64,000 nt of DNA from the human T2T-CHM13v2.0 reference genome, Homo sapiens, in NCBI RefSeq assembly GCF_009914755.1, contig NC_060925.1; one strand, given 5' to 3'. Below the pieces are notes generated by a model. The model was not told where the DNA came from. It was given only the letters and a program-made list of their open reading frames with translations, and made no database searches. The position numbers and the translations under genes are program-made. This document shows positions 1-20,560 of this stretch, one piece after another; the first letter of the stretch is position 1; every line of letters starts with the position of its first letter.

Positions 1-257
1 TTTTTTTTTTTTTTTTTTTTTTTGAGACAGAGTCTCACTCTGTCACCCAGGCTGGAGTACAGTGGGGCGATATTGGCTCACTGCAACTTCCACCTCCTGA
101 GTAGCTGGGACTACAGACATGCACCACCACGCCCAGCTTATTTTTGTATTTTTAGTAGAGGGGGTTTTGCCATGTTGGTCAGGCTGATCTCTGGTGATCC
201 ACCTGCCTCTGCCTCCCAAAGTGCTGGGATTACAGGCGTGAGCCACCACACCCAGCA
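1..257 (-). mobile_element. Alu with internal deletions
   Basis: Poly(T) followed by the antisense Alu consensus (gagacagagtctc...gctgggattacaggcgtgagccacc). Confidence 0.95.
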
Positions 258-1800
258 ATGAAACATTCTTATCCGTTTCCCTATCCTGTCCTCTGGAAGG
301 CCTGTCAGCCCAACCCTGCTCCTCTGACAAAGCTCTATTACCCTCAGGAGAGAGATTCAGGCAGCCAAGGCAATGAAGTAGAAGAAAGCTCTGACAGCGT
401 TGGAGAGACTTCAGGCCTAGAAGAGGCAGGGACTTAGAGTCAAGAGCCCTGCTATTTCTATCTTCTCTGAGATTACCAGTCTCCAGGCAGGCATCTCTAT
501 CAAGAGAAAGTTGCAAAGCCTGTGAGCCAGTGGGTCATACGTATCTGATGAATGCTCACTCCCACCCCTGCCCCACCTCCCAACACACCCCCAGCAACCT
601 CTGTCATCAGTAACCTTAGTCACTGCCAGCCTAAGATAGAGGTGTCCTGGAGCCCTAGAAGGAAAGGTCAGTCGATTTAAATAGCTACAGCATCTACAGC
701 AACTTTCCTGGCCTCAGAAAGGAAACCCAAGCTGTGAGAGATGACGCTCCACTGGCTCTACCCCCGGTGGGGGGACAAAAAGGGAGATGTCTGCTGTGTT
801 CCCTACAGTGTGCTTTGTCACGTAAATGCAGCAGCCTTACTTCATCCTGAGGGCTGTACATCACTGTAACCATTTTATAGACGATGAAACTGAATCTCAG
901 ATTAACTGACTTGCCAAAGGCAATAAGATCAGATACTGCTCCTTCACTGAAATCTTTTCATAAGATCTTATGATCTTATGAAAAGATCATAAATGCATTG
1001 TTTAAAAAAAAAACACTTTAAGCTTGGAGAAAAACATCAACACAAATTTCTCTCCTAACCCTGCCTCCAGGTTCCCTTCCTAGAATAAGTCACTGATATC
1101 AGTAATTGTAGACTTTCCAGGGATAGTATATGCGTCTGGAGTGTGTGTGTGTGCTTTTATATATATGCATATATACACACACACAAATGGTGGGATGCAA
1201 TATGCTGTTTTGCACCTGTTTTGTTCACTGAACGGCATAGCTTCAATTTCCTTACCAATGCACATAGATCTGTTTCATTCTTGTTAACAACTGCATAATG
1301 TTTATATGTAGATGGGCCATATTATCTAATCAGTTGTTTCTTCCAGTAGTTTGCTAATATAAACAATGGGGCAATGAACTTTCCTGTACATATGCCGTTG
1401 TGCACATATGCAAGTACATCTGTAGATAAATTCCTGGAAGGAGAGTTCCTGGGTCAAAATGACATGTCCATTGGAAATAATGATTAAAATTGCAAAACTA
1501 CGCTCCCCAAAAGATGTCCCAATTTACGTTAACCATACTTGAGAGGCTGCCAGTGACTTCAACCTGCCAGAAAGGTTTGGAGCCTTCTCTACCTAAATTG
1601 TGTCTAGCAGAACCAGTGCCCAGACCCAAAACTTGTTTTTAAATCTAGTGTTTGTTTATTTTTCCTTTTATACAAAAGTTCCCTTCCACACATACATGAT
1701 TTAAAGGAGCTGGGAGAAAGTTAGAATTTAAATGAAATAGAAGGAGTAGCGTCTTTACTCTTGGAGCTTAACTTCTAGGAGTAAAGAAAGCAAATTCTTA

Positions 1801-5560
<3,760 letters not shown>

Positions 5561-7544
5561 TTAATGTACGGAGGAGGGGACTAGGCTTTTAGCAACAAGC
5601 TCTCATCTGCAGTTTAGAGTATTATAATTCCCACTCTACAAGTATAAAAAAATTAATCTGGATGAATTTAAGTAAATCAGTGCCAGATGGAGAGTGACCA
5701 AAAGTCCTTGGAGTCCAAAATCAAGGTTTTGCTCAGCACTCTAAAGCCGGCTGTTAGGTATTTCCTGAACTGAACTAATAAGAACCATTTGAGATGGTTC
5801 ATAAAAATACATACTCCCTCTCTCCCTCCTCTGGAGTTAGGTCTAGAGTGATTTTTAAAGTTTACAATTATCTCATACTGCAGGTATAGAAAGGAAATGG
5901 TGCTAAGAACACAGAAGTCTTTGGCTTGGGTAGTTTGGAATTTCAGAGGACTGACTCTTCTATGGTTGTGATGTTTGAGGAAAAGGTGGAAGGAAGGTGA
6001 AAGTTTATTTCTAGCTTAGTCTAGTGTCTCCCTGACAGTTAAAAACAAATAGCATGCAAATAAGTGCTTTGCTTTTTGAAAAGCAAAACATATGTGGCCA
6101 AAGAATATACTCGCTGCATACTAATTGCCACTTTCATATTGAGAAAGCATTTTAGAGACTTCAGGGACACCACCCTTAAATGCTGTGTTCCTTTCTTTAC
6201 TCGAATCTCCCCTCTACCTGCCTTATAGGAATATCCTGAAGCTGCGACAGGTTTGCTATCCCGTAGTACTTAGATGGAGGGAGCCCAGTGAACAGTGAGA
6301 ATCATAGGGGAAAATTCAAGCTGTTTGTGTTCCCTCCCATCTGTTTATTTTATCTCCCACTGCAGTACTTTAAAAATATATTAGAGCCATCTTTGTTACG
6401 CTTAAGTCTTTTCAGATCACAAAGGAAAGCGAAAAAGGATATGACATATTTCCTTCAGGATCTTCTCTTGTTCTCTCCCTTCTCTATCCCAGCAGAAAGT
6501 CACCTCCCAGTCAGTGTTCATTAAAAACTGGACGGCTCTGCTTTGCAAGGGAGAAGACAGAACACGGAGGCACCAAGAAGTCAAACTTCCCTGAGTTATA
6601 AATGTGCCTTTTCTGTGACATGAAAGCAAAGGACCACGCACCAAGAATACAGTTTCTTTTTTGTTGTTCTTCTTCTTTTTGAGTCACAGTGTCACTCTTG
6701 CTTAGGCTGAAGTGACATGATCATAGCTCACTACAGCCCAAACTCCTGAGCTCAAGTGATTCTCCCACCCCAGCCTCCTGAGTAGCTGGGATGACAAACG
6801 TGCACCACCATACCTGGCTATTTATTTATTTATTTATTTATTTATTTATTAGACATGGGGTCTTTCTATGTTGCCCAGGCTAGTCTCAAACTCCTGGGCT
6901 CAAGGGATCCTCCCACTTCAGCCTCCCAAAGTGCTGAAATTACGGGCACGAGTCATGTTGTCTGGCAGAAGAATATAGTTTCTAAAATAAAACGGTGCCA
7001 TGTCACAAAAAATTAAAACAGAAAGAGATCCGTAACTCTTGCAACTAAAATAAACACACGCTGTTGTCGCATTCATACAATGGTATACATAGGGAAGTTC
7101 TCACTGCCATTTTAAGGATGAGAAAAAAAGACTCTGAGTCCTAGCAAACTGCAGGGCTACACTACCTGGGATCAGATCCTTACTGCTTCTTACCAGTGTT
7201 TGGTCATTGGCAAGTCATTTAACCTTTAAGTACCTCAATTTTCTTCTCTATAAAATGAGGATAGTAAGGCCAAGCACAGTGGCTCATGCCTGTAATCCCA
7301 GCCCTTTGGGAGACTGAGGCAGGCAGATCACTTGAGGTCAGGAGTTCGCGACCAGCCTGGCCAATATGGTGAAACCCCATCTCTACCAAAAATACAAAAA
7401 TTAGCCAGTTGTGGTGGCAGGTACCTATAATCTCAGATACTCAGGAGGCTGAAGCAAGAGAATCACTTGAACCTGGGAGGCAGAAGTTGCAGTGAACAGA
7501 GATGGTGCCACTGCACTCAAGGGCAATAGAGTGGGACTCAGTCT

Positions 7545-7547
<3 letters not shown>

Positions 7548-7588
<41 letters not shown>
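7548..7588 (+). repeat. (CA)n microsatellite forming an Alu tail
   Basis: About 20 uninterrupted CA units. Confidence 0.95.
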
Positions 7589-7590
<2 letters not shown>

Positions 7591-7723
7591 ATAATAATAA
7601 AATGGGGATAGTAATAGTAACACTACCTCATAGAGTTATTGTTCAATTAAATGAGTCAACACAACTTAGCATGCAACAACTACAATGCAGGGAAAAAAAA
7701 CAACAGACCTTTTTTTTGGGTGA

Positions 7724-7903
<180 letters not shown>

Positions 7904-9252
7904 TAAAGTGCTGGGATTACAAGCGTGAAACACCATGCTCGGCCAACAATAGACTTTTCAGATAAAGTCTTTTATCATATAGAATTTTGTAGAGCTTATA
8001 ATTTTTTAAAGCACAAGCTCAAAAGATAGAGGAATACAAGCAAATAGCTTAGATCCCTAAGAATTCATCCACTCCTTCAACAACATTTACTGATTATCTT
8101 CTAGGAACTTGGCTAGACACCAGAAGCAGATGCCAGTAACAGGTTAGAGGGTTCTGAATTTGCACCCACACCATGTCACTTTATTTCATTTGCTTTAATC
8201 AAATTAAATCTGAAGCCAATAATGGTGGTGCTGAGACATGGCCTGGTGGCTTTAGTAATACCATTAGAATCCCTACTCAGCCATTCCAAATAGATTTACA
8301 AACTAAGTAAAAATAGTGTCCCTGCTATGCAAACGCAGCTCCCTCATATGTCTTCTAGCTGCCCTCACACCCAAAGGGCTGCCCTGTCTCTCTTTTTAAA
8401 AATGAAGCTCTCACTTAACTCTGAGCCTTCATCCCGTCAGCCTGGCAGGAAATTCTGCAGTGTTGCTGGGGTCCGTATCCCTGCCCAGACTTGGAAATAA
8501 ATTCAAGAGAATTACCTAGTGCCCAGAAAGCAAGGGAAAGGTAGCAAGTGGCTGCAGCTATATGGTTAAAGATCCTGTGGTCTCTCGGAAGCAGGTGGCC
8601 TGCTCAGTTCTTTGAACCAGCCTCTTCAGGTCCTATAGTCCATTCCATTTTTCTAAAAAGTTCTCTCACCTTCCCAGCATCCCCTCATCTCCCACAAGCA
8701 ATGTCAATGTCTTTTCTGTCTTGGGGAATATTTCCTTCAAGGATTCTCGGGGGGTCCCTTTCTTGGGTAGCCTCCTCTCCCATTCCCCATAAGATTCAGT
8801 GTTTGAGCTTTCACTAAGGACTATTGGAGAGGTGGCCTTGCAGCAGCTTTGCATTTCCACCCAGTAACCCAATCCTCCCTTGAGTCAAAGAAGCAAAAAT
8901 CCTGCTAATCTCTGGTCCAGGGAGTGAGGCCCTCCAGGACTAGGGAAAAGGAGAAATACCTGCTAATGAGATCCTGGAACCATTCTCAGTAAACACGCAG
9001 AAATGTTCAGAACAGAAGTATACTATATGCTGGGTGAATGTTGCCCACATTTCTTTCTTTTTTTTTTATTTTCTTTTTCTTTCTCTTTTTTTTTTTTTTT
9101 TTTTTGAGACCAAGTCTCACTCTGTCACCCAGGCTAGAGTTCCATGGCACAATCTTGGCTCACTGCAGCCTCCACCTCCTGGGTTCAAGTGGTCCTCATG
9201 CCTCAGCCTCCTGAGTAGCTGGAACTATAGGCGCACCACCATGCCTGGCTAA

Positions 9253-9408
<156 letters not shown>

Positions 9409-11263
9409 TGATAATGAGACTGACAAGTTTTGTAATACTGGCAAAATTATAGAAAAATTATTAGAGCAAAGTTTCAAGTGGTAATCAGAAACAAAAATTG
9501 TGATCATGATGAACAAATAGGCTAATGAAGAGAAAGTTATGACAACTCAGATTTTCTTTTTCTTTTTTCAAATAATGTCTCCAGACTAACAGATAAGGAC
9601 AATATTTTATTTTGACATAATGCATCAATTTCAGTAAGACATTTGAAATAAAACCTCTTATGAGCAAACAAAACAAGCTAAAAAAATGAACTGGATAAAG
9701 GAAAGTTACATAGATGGTATCTGGTGAAGCAATCACTATTCATAGAACATTGATTCTAACCTGAAAGGAAGACTTTTGAAGTTTTGCAACAGAATGTTCT
9801 ATTGACCTGTGCCCCCATTCAGCTTTTTGTCATTTACTTGATTGAATAATTTATAATAATGCACTTAATAATCTATCAGTAACTCAAAGAGAGAGAACCA
9901 AGGTAAATTCAGAAAGATCACAATGGCCTGAAAAAGATGTACCAAATTAGCAGGATAAAATTTTATGAGGATAAACTTTAGATCCTTATGATGTCCCAAA
10001 AATCAAGAGTGCAAGTGGACAGATGCTGGATTTAAGAGCAATGTATCCTTTCTTTCAGGATTTTAATAGGACTGCAAAGGAACAGGTGTGATAAGACTTC
10101 AAATAAGTCAGTGACATTTTTATGTTAATTAGAAATTTGGTGTCTTCTGAATAGGCATCTGCTTCTTCTGATGCCTATTCAGAAAAGACCCTGTCTTAAC
10201 AACAGCAAAAAAGACCTTTCACCAGCCAGCTCAGCTCTCATTCCTGTAGATATTTTTTGGATTATCAATCCGGAGAATAGTTCCCTAAGACTGGTCTTAT
10301 GGGTGTAACTTCTGAATAGACATTTGCTTAGCCTTAGAGAACTGGCCTTTTAAAGAACTGGGTTGACAATCCAGAGAATATCTAGAGGAATGAGAGCTGA
10401 GCTGGCAGGTTAAAGATCTTTTTTTGTTGTTATTGAGACAGGGTCTCACTCTGTCACCCAGGCTGGTGCAATCATGGCTTGCTGCAACCTCAATCTCCTG
10501 GGCTCAAGCGATCCTCCCACCTCAGCCTCCTGAGTAGCTGAGACTACAGGTGTGCACCACCTCACCTGGTTAATTTGTTTTTTTTTTATGGAGATGAGGT
10601 CTTACTATGTTGCTCAGGCTGGTATCCTCCTGCCTCAGCCTCCCAAAATGCTGGGATTACAAGCATGAGCCACTGTTCCCAGTGAAGGTGAAAGATCTTG
10701 AAGTCATGATGAAACAGAAGTAACTGAGAATGTTTAATCTGAAAAAACAAAAAGGACTCAATGGAGATGTGAGTCCTGTCTTCAACTCTCTCAAGGATTG
10801 CCATGTGAAAGAAGCATCAGGCTTGGTCTGTATAGTTTCAGAGGGCAAAATAAGGATAATGGCAAATGCTACATAGAGACACATATGACCTCATCATAAA
10901 GAAAATCATAAAGCAGTTCATAAATGGAAAGGGCTTCCTTATTATATATTGACCTCCCTGCCTTAGAGGGTTTGAGCATATATTGGATGACCACCTAATA
11001 GTGCAGCACTATACAGCAAAAGATTCTTTACAAAAGATTCCTAAACAAACAGAGTGACCTGGAGACAAGAGATTCTTAACCCCAATCCCTGGTTGAGCTT
11101 CAGGGAGACTTTAAACACACTGAAATTATATTTAAAGCATATTTTCAAGAGAGAATATTTGTGGCTGTTTTGTTTTAACCAGAGTATCAAAGAGGAGAAT
11201 AACCCAAAATAAGTTTAGGGTGACTGACCTAGGATGACTTTCAATTCTGAGATTCTAGGATTA

Positions 11264-11812
<549 letters not shown>

Positions 11813-12325
11813 TCATGTCTGTTTGCCTTCCACCAAGAACTGTCAGTGCCACACCATGCCAGGCAGCTGCTGCCTCCAATAGGGATTCCTGCAGGATGCT
11901 GGCACTCAGCTAGCTCCTCCCAATAGTGTGAGCTGAAGACCTGATGCCCAGCTAAAATGAGGGAAGAAGAACTTTTCAGGTAGCATATCCTGTCCACTAG
12001 AGCCCAAGAACATATGAACAGGCAGTAGAAATTACATAGTCTCACTCTGTCTCCAGTCTTGCCTCCATTTTTTTTCTCTTTCCCTTCCACTTCTCCGGTC
12101 TTTCTCTCTCCTTCCTAATTCTCTGTTTCTTTGTTCTCCTCCCCATTCCCCTCCCCTTCTGCTGTGACCTCTAAGTTGGCTCAGCATCATTGTTCAAGAT
12201 GTTGGTTATATAACACGGCTTATGAAAGCAAAAGCAAAATAATATGCTGCCTGCCATGCCAGGTGAAACCCAGCATGAAAAGAAAATACTGGTACGCGGC
12301 ACTTCTGGGCTTTTTTGGGCTATGA

Positions 12326-12562
<237 letters not shown>

Positions 12563-13129
12563 TGAAGGTGCCTGCCACCACACCTGGCTAATTTTTGTAT
12601 TTTTAGTAGAGATGAGGTTTCACCATGTTGGCCAGGCTGGTCTCGAACTCTAAGTTGTTTTTAGAGTTCTAAGGTGATCCACCTGCCTCAGCCTCCCAAA
12701 GTGCTGGGATTACAGGTGTGAGCTACCACACCCAGCCATTTTTTTTTTCGAGGCACAGTCTCACTCTATTGCCCAGACTGTAGTACAGTGGTGGGATTAC
12801 AGCTCACTGAAGCCTCCATCTCCCAGGCTGAAGCCATTCTCCTGCCTCAGCCTCCTAAGTAGCTGGGACTACCATACTCGGCCCATTTTTAATTTTTGTA
12901 GAGATGGGGTCTCACTATGTTGCCCACGCTGGTCTCAAACTCCTGGGCCTAAGTGATCCTCTCACCTTGGCCTCCCAAAGTGCTTGGATTACAGACATGA
13001 ACTGCCACACCCAGCCAAGAAGATATTATTAAAGGACTTATGATATTAAAGGAATCAAAGGAAACCAAAACCTTTCTCCCTAGGATAACACTTTAACTTT
13101 GACTATTTTCTCAGGGCCAAACTGCTCAT

Positions 13130-13586
13130 TGTGGTAATTTAAAGATAGTTCCACAAATTCTTTGATACCTCTTCCTTCAAGAAATGGAGCTTTCCCTTCC
13201 CCTTGAATATGGACGAAATTTAGTGATTCACTTTTAGCAAATGAAGTATGGTAAAAGTAATGGGATGTCCCTTCCAAGATTAGCTTATAAAGGAACTGAG
13301 GCTTCTCTCTCTCATTTTCTTCTTTGGATCACTCACTCCGGAAAAAGACATGGCATGGGCAGCGCTATGAAGAGGCCCACATGGCAAGGAACTGAACCCA
13401 GTCAGATCTTCAGAGACTGCAGCCCTCACAGTCTGGCTGCAACCTGCTAAGAAACCTCAATGCAAAAGCACTCGGCTAAGTCACTCCCAGATTCCTGATC
13501 CTTCAAAATTGTATAAGATAATAAATATTTCTTATTTTAAGCTGCTACATTTTGGGGTAATTTGTTATGCAGCAACAGATAGTACA
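13130..13586 (+). mobile_element. MaLR LTR (MLT1-like)
   Basis: Starts tgtggt and ends with the MLT1-type tail aataaat...ttttaagctgct...ttttggggtaatttgttatgcagcaa. Confidence 0.75.
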
Positions 13587-13598
13587 CTTGTGATGCTT

Positions 13599-13633
<35 letters not shown>

Positions 13634-14131
13634 TTTTTGAGGTGGAGTTTCACTCTTGTTGCCCAGGCTGGAGTGCAATGGCGTGATCTTGGGTCACTGC
13701 AACCTCACCTCCCAGGTTCAAGCGATTCTCCTGCCTCAGCCTCCTGAGTAGCTGGGATTACAGGCATGCGCCACCACACCTGGCTAATTTTGTAGTTTTA
13801 GTAGACACAGGGTTTCTCCATGTTGGCTAGGCTGGTCTCGAACTCCCGACCTCAGGTGATCTGCCTGCCTCGGCCTCCCAAAATGCTGGGATTACAGGTG
13901 TGAGCCACCACACCCAGCCGATGCTTTTAAATGATATATAAACCCTCAGGGTTAGAAAGTGCTGGGCTGAGTTACCTGAGGATGATGGTTATATAGCTTT
14001 AGGACTCCTAAAGCACAGAAGCCAGAGCCCTGGAACAGAGAGAAATGGTTCTTCCTAACCTGAAATAAATGTATGCTAAATCATTTTATGATTAAATATT
14101 CCTATCACTACTAATATAAAATGCTGCCTCA

Positions 14132-14515
<384 letters not shown>

Positions 14516-15664
14516 TCAGCTGTGAACCTTGATGACAAATAACCAGTCATAAGTTGGAGGAGCTCTTTTACCCTCTAAGGTAGCACATTTAACCAAAAAC
14601 TGCTTAACTTCAATATTGGGTGTGATGGTTCACAGCATAAAATTCCAAATTTGGAAGGAATTTTGGGGATGTCATAGCTTATCTCAGGCTGATTTTGTAA
14701 AGAATGGTGTCAATTCCTGGAGGAGTGAATCACTTAATGACACAGATAATCTAAGTATATTCCCAACCATCCTCTTCCAAGAGAAGGGAAGAACCTGGAA
14801 ACTCAGCAGCTTCCAGGACATAGCATTTCAGATGACCACCCCAAAGGCCCTGCATTTGGCATCAGGAAGAGGAGGATATTTCTGAACTAAGTAATTTGGA
14901 ATTTACTGCAGGAGTGAGGCAGCTCATACACAAACCTTTAATACCTATGATTAATACTATGATTAATAGGCCTCACACCCCAGCCTTCTACCTACTTTCT
15001 TTAGCCAGTGACATAGTAGTGACCTTTCTCTGATAATGTAAACAACAAACATTTATTGAAGGCTTCCTTGGCTAAGTGCTATGCCATAGCAGTATTTATA
15101 TAAAAATGTTAATAGATTGGTAGTTTCTGGATCTTAGGCCCACCTAGGAATGAGCCTGGTGGTAGATTGTTTGAAGAGATGGATCCTCTCTTGCAAAGGA
15201 AGCTCTGGAAAAGTGCATTCTCTTACTGTACTGTCTCTCTAAATTTAGCTAATTAGATCACAGGTTCCTTCCCAGAGTCCAGGCAAGTGTTCACTTCTTC
15301 CAAAAAACGAAAAAAGGAATCCTTTTCCCTCTCCTCCCACAATGTGATACTACATTTCATTCTGTAGCCTTATTTAAACAGTTACCAAAACAGCTCACAA
15401 AATCATTTGAGAATAAACTGGGATACATAGCAATGGGCCCAGGAGTCCCCTTCCTTTTGGTGCTGCCAGTGACAACCTTTAGCTATAAAAGGAGGGTCAT
15501 AAAGGAGACTTGACCATTCACTTGACCACCCCTCATTCATATGCTTTCCCCAACACACCAAACTAGTGCCTATTTGACCCCCATTTCATTTGATTATTAA
15601 TTTTTTCACATCTTAAATGCTGATTCAATTTACTGTCAATAGAGGAGTAAAACAGAGTCACAGA

Positions 15665-15689
15665 GAAGGAGTTATTCTAAACCTTTATT
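15665..15689 (-). terminator. GLUL: Distal GLUL poly(A) signal candidate (would give a ~6.3 kb 3' UTR)
   Basis: AATAAA at 15684-15689 followed by a U/GU-rich tract (tctctgtgactctgttttact). Fits my recollection of the ~14 kb annotated gene span. Confidence 0.55.
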
Positions 15690-16355
15690 GAAAGGCAAAT
15701 GCAGAAAGCCTTCAACACAGAGGATAGATTTAGTGACTGAGGGCCCACTGGAGTTTAACTAATAGATCTGCTGACTACGCCGTACAGTGGAGGAAACACG
15801 CTGCAATCTCAAGACAATGCAGGTAACTCAATCTGAAATCCATCAAAAAGAGGACAACTTGCTCAGGTACAAGGCCCCTGAAAAGTAACTCATCAAATGA
15901 CAATAGGAACTGTGTGGACACTCCCTCTGTAACATGCACTAGGATATCACTCTCCTATATTAGAGGAGCTCCAAGCAGTGTATCATGCTCAAATATTTAT
16001 TAATTGACAGTGTCCGACAACCTCCTGTCCATAAAGCATGGCAGAGTGGGTAATTAATTGGAAAGAGTTGGCAGTAGAACTTTAAGAACAATTATACCTT
16101 CTACATCTTACCACTCCCCATTCCTAGTGACAACTTTCTCATCTCGGCGAATTCTCTTGTGTACTGTTTCTGGAACATATATTACTAAATTCCTGTCTCC
16201 TTTACAAAATGCTGTATCTTGGGCAAAAGACATATGTATTGTGCTTGTATTGTGTATCTAATGTGTACATATATGCATATTCTCACAAATATGGTATACA
16301 TTTATATTATGCATGTGTATGGACATATATCTGCATATTGTAAAATGAAATAGAA

Positions 16356-18169
<1,814 letters not shown>

Positions 18170-18540
18170 TGATTCTTTTTAAGCTCAATAAAAATGGAAC
18201 TTTGTCTTGCTGTCATGGCCAGAGTTAAAATACAGTCAAACAACAAAGACCTCATAGAGTTAAAGCTCACAAAACTGATACTTAAAAATAACTTATTAAA
18301 TAAGTATTGCAGGCACTACAACAGGTCTCAAGATACAGTGGTGAGCAAGAAAAACAGGATCTCTTGCTTTCATGAAGTTCAACTAGAAAGTCCTGTCGAA
18401 TGATGAGACATCTTTCTTTGGGGCAGCAAGTTACTTTCACTTAGTGGTAAAAGGGCCAAGAATAGTTCAGGAACTTCTCATCCACTTGTCTACCCTTCTA
18501 CACAGACAGCAGCACAGATCTGGCTTTTTACATGGCCCTA

Positions 18541-18851
18541 GGCCGGGTGCAGTGGCTCACGCCTGTAATCCCAGCACTTTGGGAGGTGGAGGAGTTCAAG
18601 ACCAGTTCAAGACCTCACTTTGGGAGATCAGGAGTTCAAGACCAGCCTGGCCAACATGGTGAAACCCCATCTGTACTAAAAATACAAAAATTAGCTGAGC
18701 ATGGTGGTGCACACCTGTAGTCTCAGCTACTTGGGAGGCTGAGGCAGGAGAATCGCTTGAATCTGGGAGGCAGAAGTTGCAGTGAGCCAAGATTGCGCCA
18801 CACTATACTCCAGCCTGGGTGAGAGTCAGACCCCGTCTCAAAAACAACAAA
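18541..18851 (+). mobile_element. Sense Alu with a rearranged left arm
   Basis: Starts ggccgggtgcagtggctc; TSD-like ggcccta on both sides. Confidence 0.92.
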
Positions 18852-20439
18852 AGGCCCTAGACAACACCCATCCATGGAATTCTTTCAAATTCCCTATAGC
18901 TTGTGCTATCAGTTGTTATTTAGTACCTGGCAAGATGATATTAGGGGAACTCATATTTAAGGAGTTCATGGAGACCTCCTTTTGTAAATACTGGCCTGAC
19001 TCCTTAAGGTTGAAAGCTTGGTCATTATTCTGTTTAATCTATCACTGATAAAAGTTATCACATAACCCATTGTCTGCAAATGAACTATAAAAAACACCTT
19101 AGAAATACAAGGGGATTGCACTGTGACCTGTAGGTCAAAGCTAATTCTAGGTGAGAGGGTGAAGAAACAAATATGCTGGTTGTTTTCACCTAAATTCTGA
19201 TCCTATGAATTTAAAATTCCTTCTCATGCAATCATTTTGTCATGGAATTGATTACAATGAACAAAATCCAAAGTGCTCAGGTCACTGCCTCTTCAGTTTA
19301 GTGCTTACACTGTAGGATACACCATCCAAGAGGCTGTAAGGGTGGCCAAGCAAAGGGAAGACAACTTCAGTTGGGGGGGTGGAAGCACAGATTCAATGGA
19401 AATAAGGGTATACATCATTTAACAACAAAATCAAGAAAATGCTAAGGATGAAACAGGGTACTCAACAATCATGCTGAAACAGGCATAAACTAGGACCACG
19501 CCAGCAAGCTAATAGGTAGATGACTCTACTTTGAATATTAAATCATATTACGAGCCAACTTTCTTAAGAAAAACCACGGATATCTAGGATTACTTGACTA
19601 GTGTAAAATACACAGTTGCCTGAAGAACTTATCTCTAAAAACTATCACAGGCCCCAGCTACCTCGCACTGGTAAGAGTATACTGCCTTTTAAAAACAATC
19701 ACTATTGCCCACATTATTAGTAGTATTAATGCTATTAATAATATTGCACTCCAATGTGTCCAATAATTGCTTTTTGCTAGGTATATGCACAGCATCATGG
19801 GAGCCGGAGGGAGCTTTTACCCAACCTCATGAGGAATGAACGAAGGTAGGAATTGGCCAGGATAAGGTGGAAGAACTCCCAGATACACGGACCAAGATAA
19901 GAGCAAGGGGCAAGGGCACAGGTGACAACACAGAGCTTTTGAGAATCACAATCGGTCCACTGGTCTTCCTGCAAGGCAAGATACACCCAAGGATGAGCCC
20001 ATGCCTAGGGCATAGCCAGCCTTGGAAGGCTTCAACCAGGGTAGCAGGGTAGCTAATATTTGTTTCTTATCACTGAGAGCAGAGAATAGAAATCGTAAAG
20101 CCAGTTAATCTTACATTATGTTAGGCTATTGTATTAGGCTAGGAATGGTCAAAACAATGTTATGGTAAGCCAAAACCAAACTCAGGGGAGCAAAGGAAGG
20201 GGGAGGAGTGGGGCTTGTACCCTGCTACAAACCTCTAGGCTAGGAAATGCCAAGATTGTGTGTAACTAAGTCTAGGTGAAAAACTTAATCCCTTAAGTCC
20301 CAAATACCCAACTTAGAGAGGTACAGGAAACGGCTGGTCAGCAACATCACTCCAGTGTTTTAAAAACTCAGAGTACATAAACTTGAGCTTATTTTGCCTG
20401 TTTTAGGAAATAAAGAAATATAATGGCACATAGGGATTT

Positions 20440-20560
20440 GAAAGAATCACAAACACATCAGAGAGATCTTATGTTAGGCTGATTTATAAGTGCTGCTTTG
20501 GGCAGTTACACAGTTTGTTTACAATGAGGAGTTATTTGACTTTGAACATACTGTACATGG
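20440..20560 (-). terminator. GLUL: GLUL poly(A) site candidate with variant hexamer TATAAA
   Basis: TATAAA at 20483-20488, three upstream UGUA motifs (20507, 20520, 20554), and a GU-rich element (tgatgtgtttgtgattcttt) just downstream. Confidence 0.6.
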
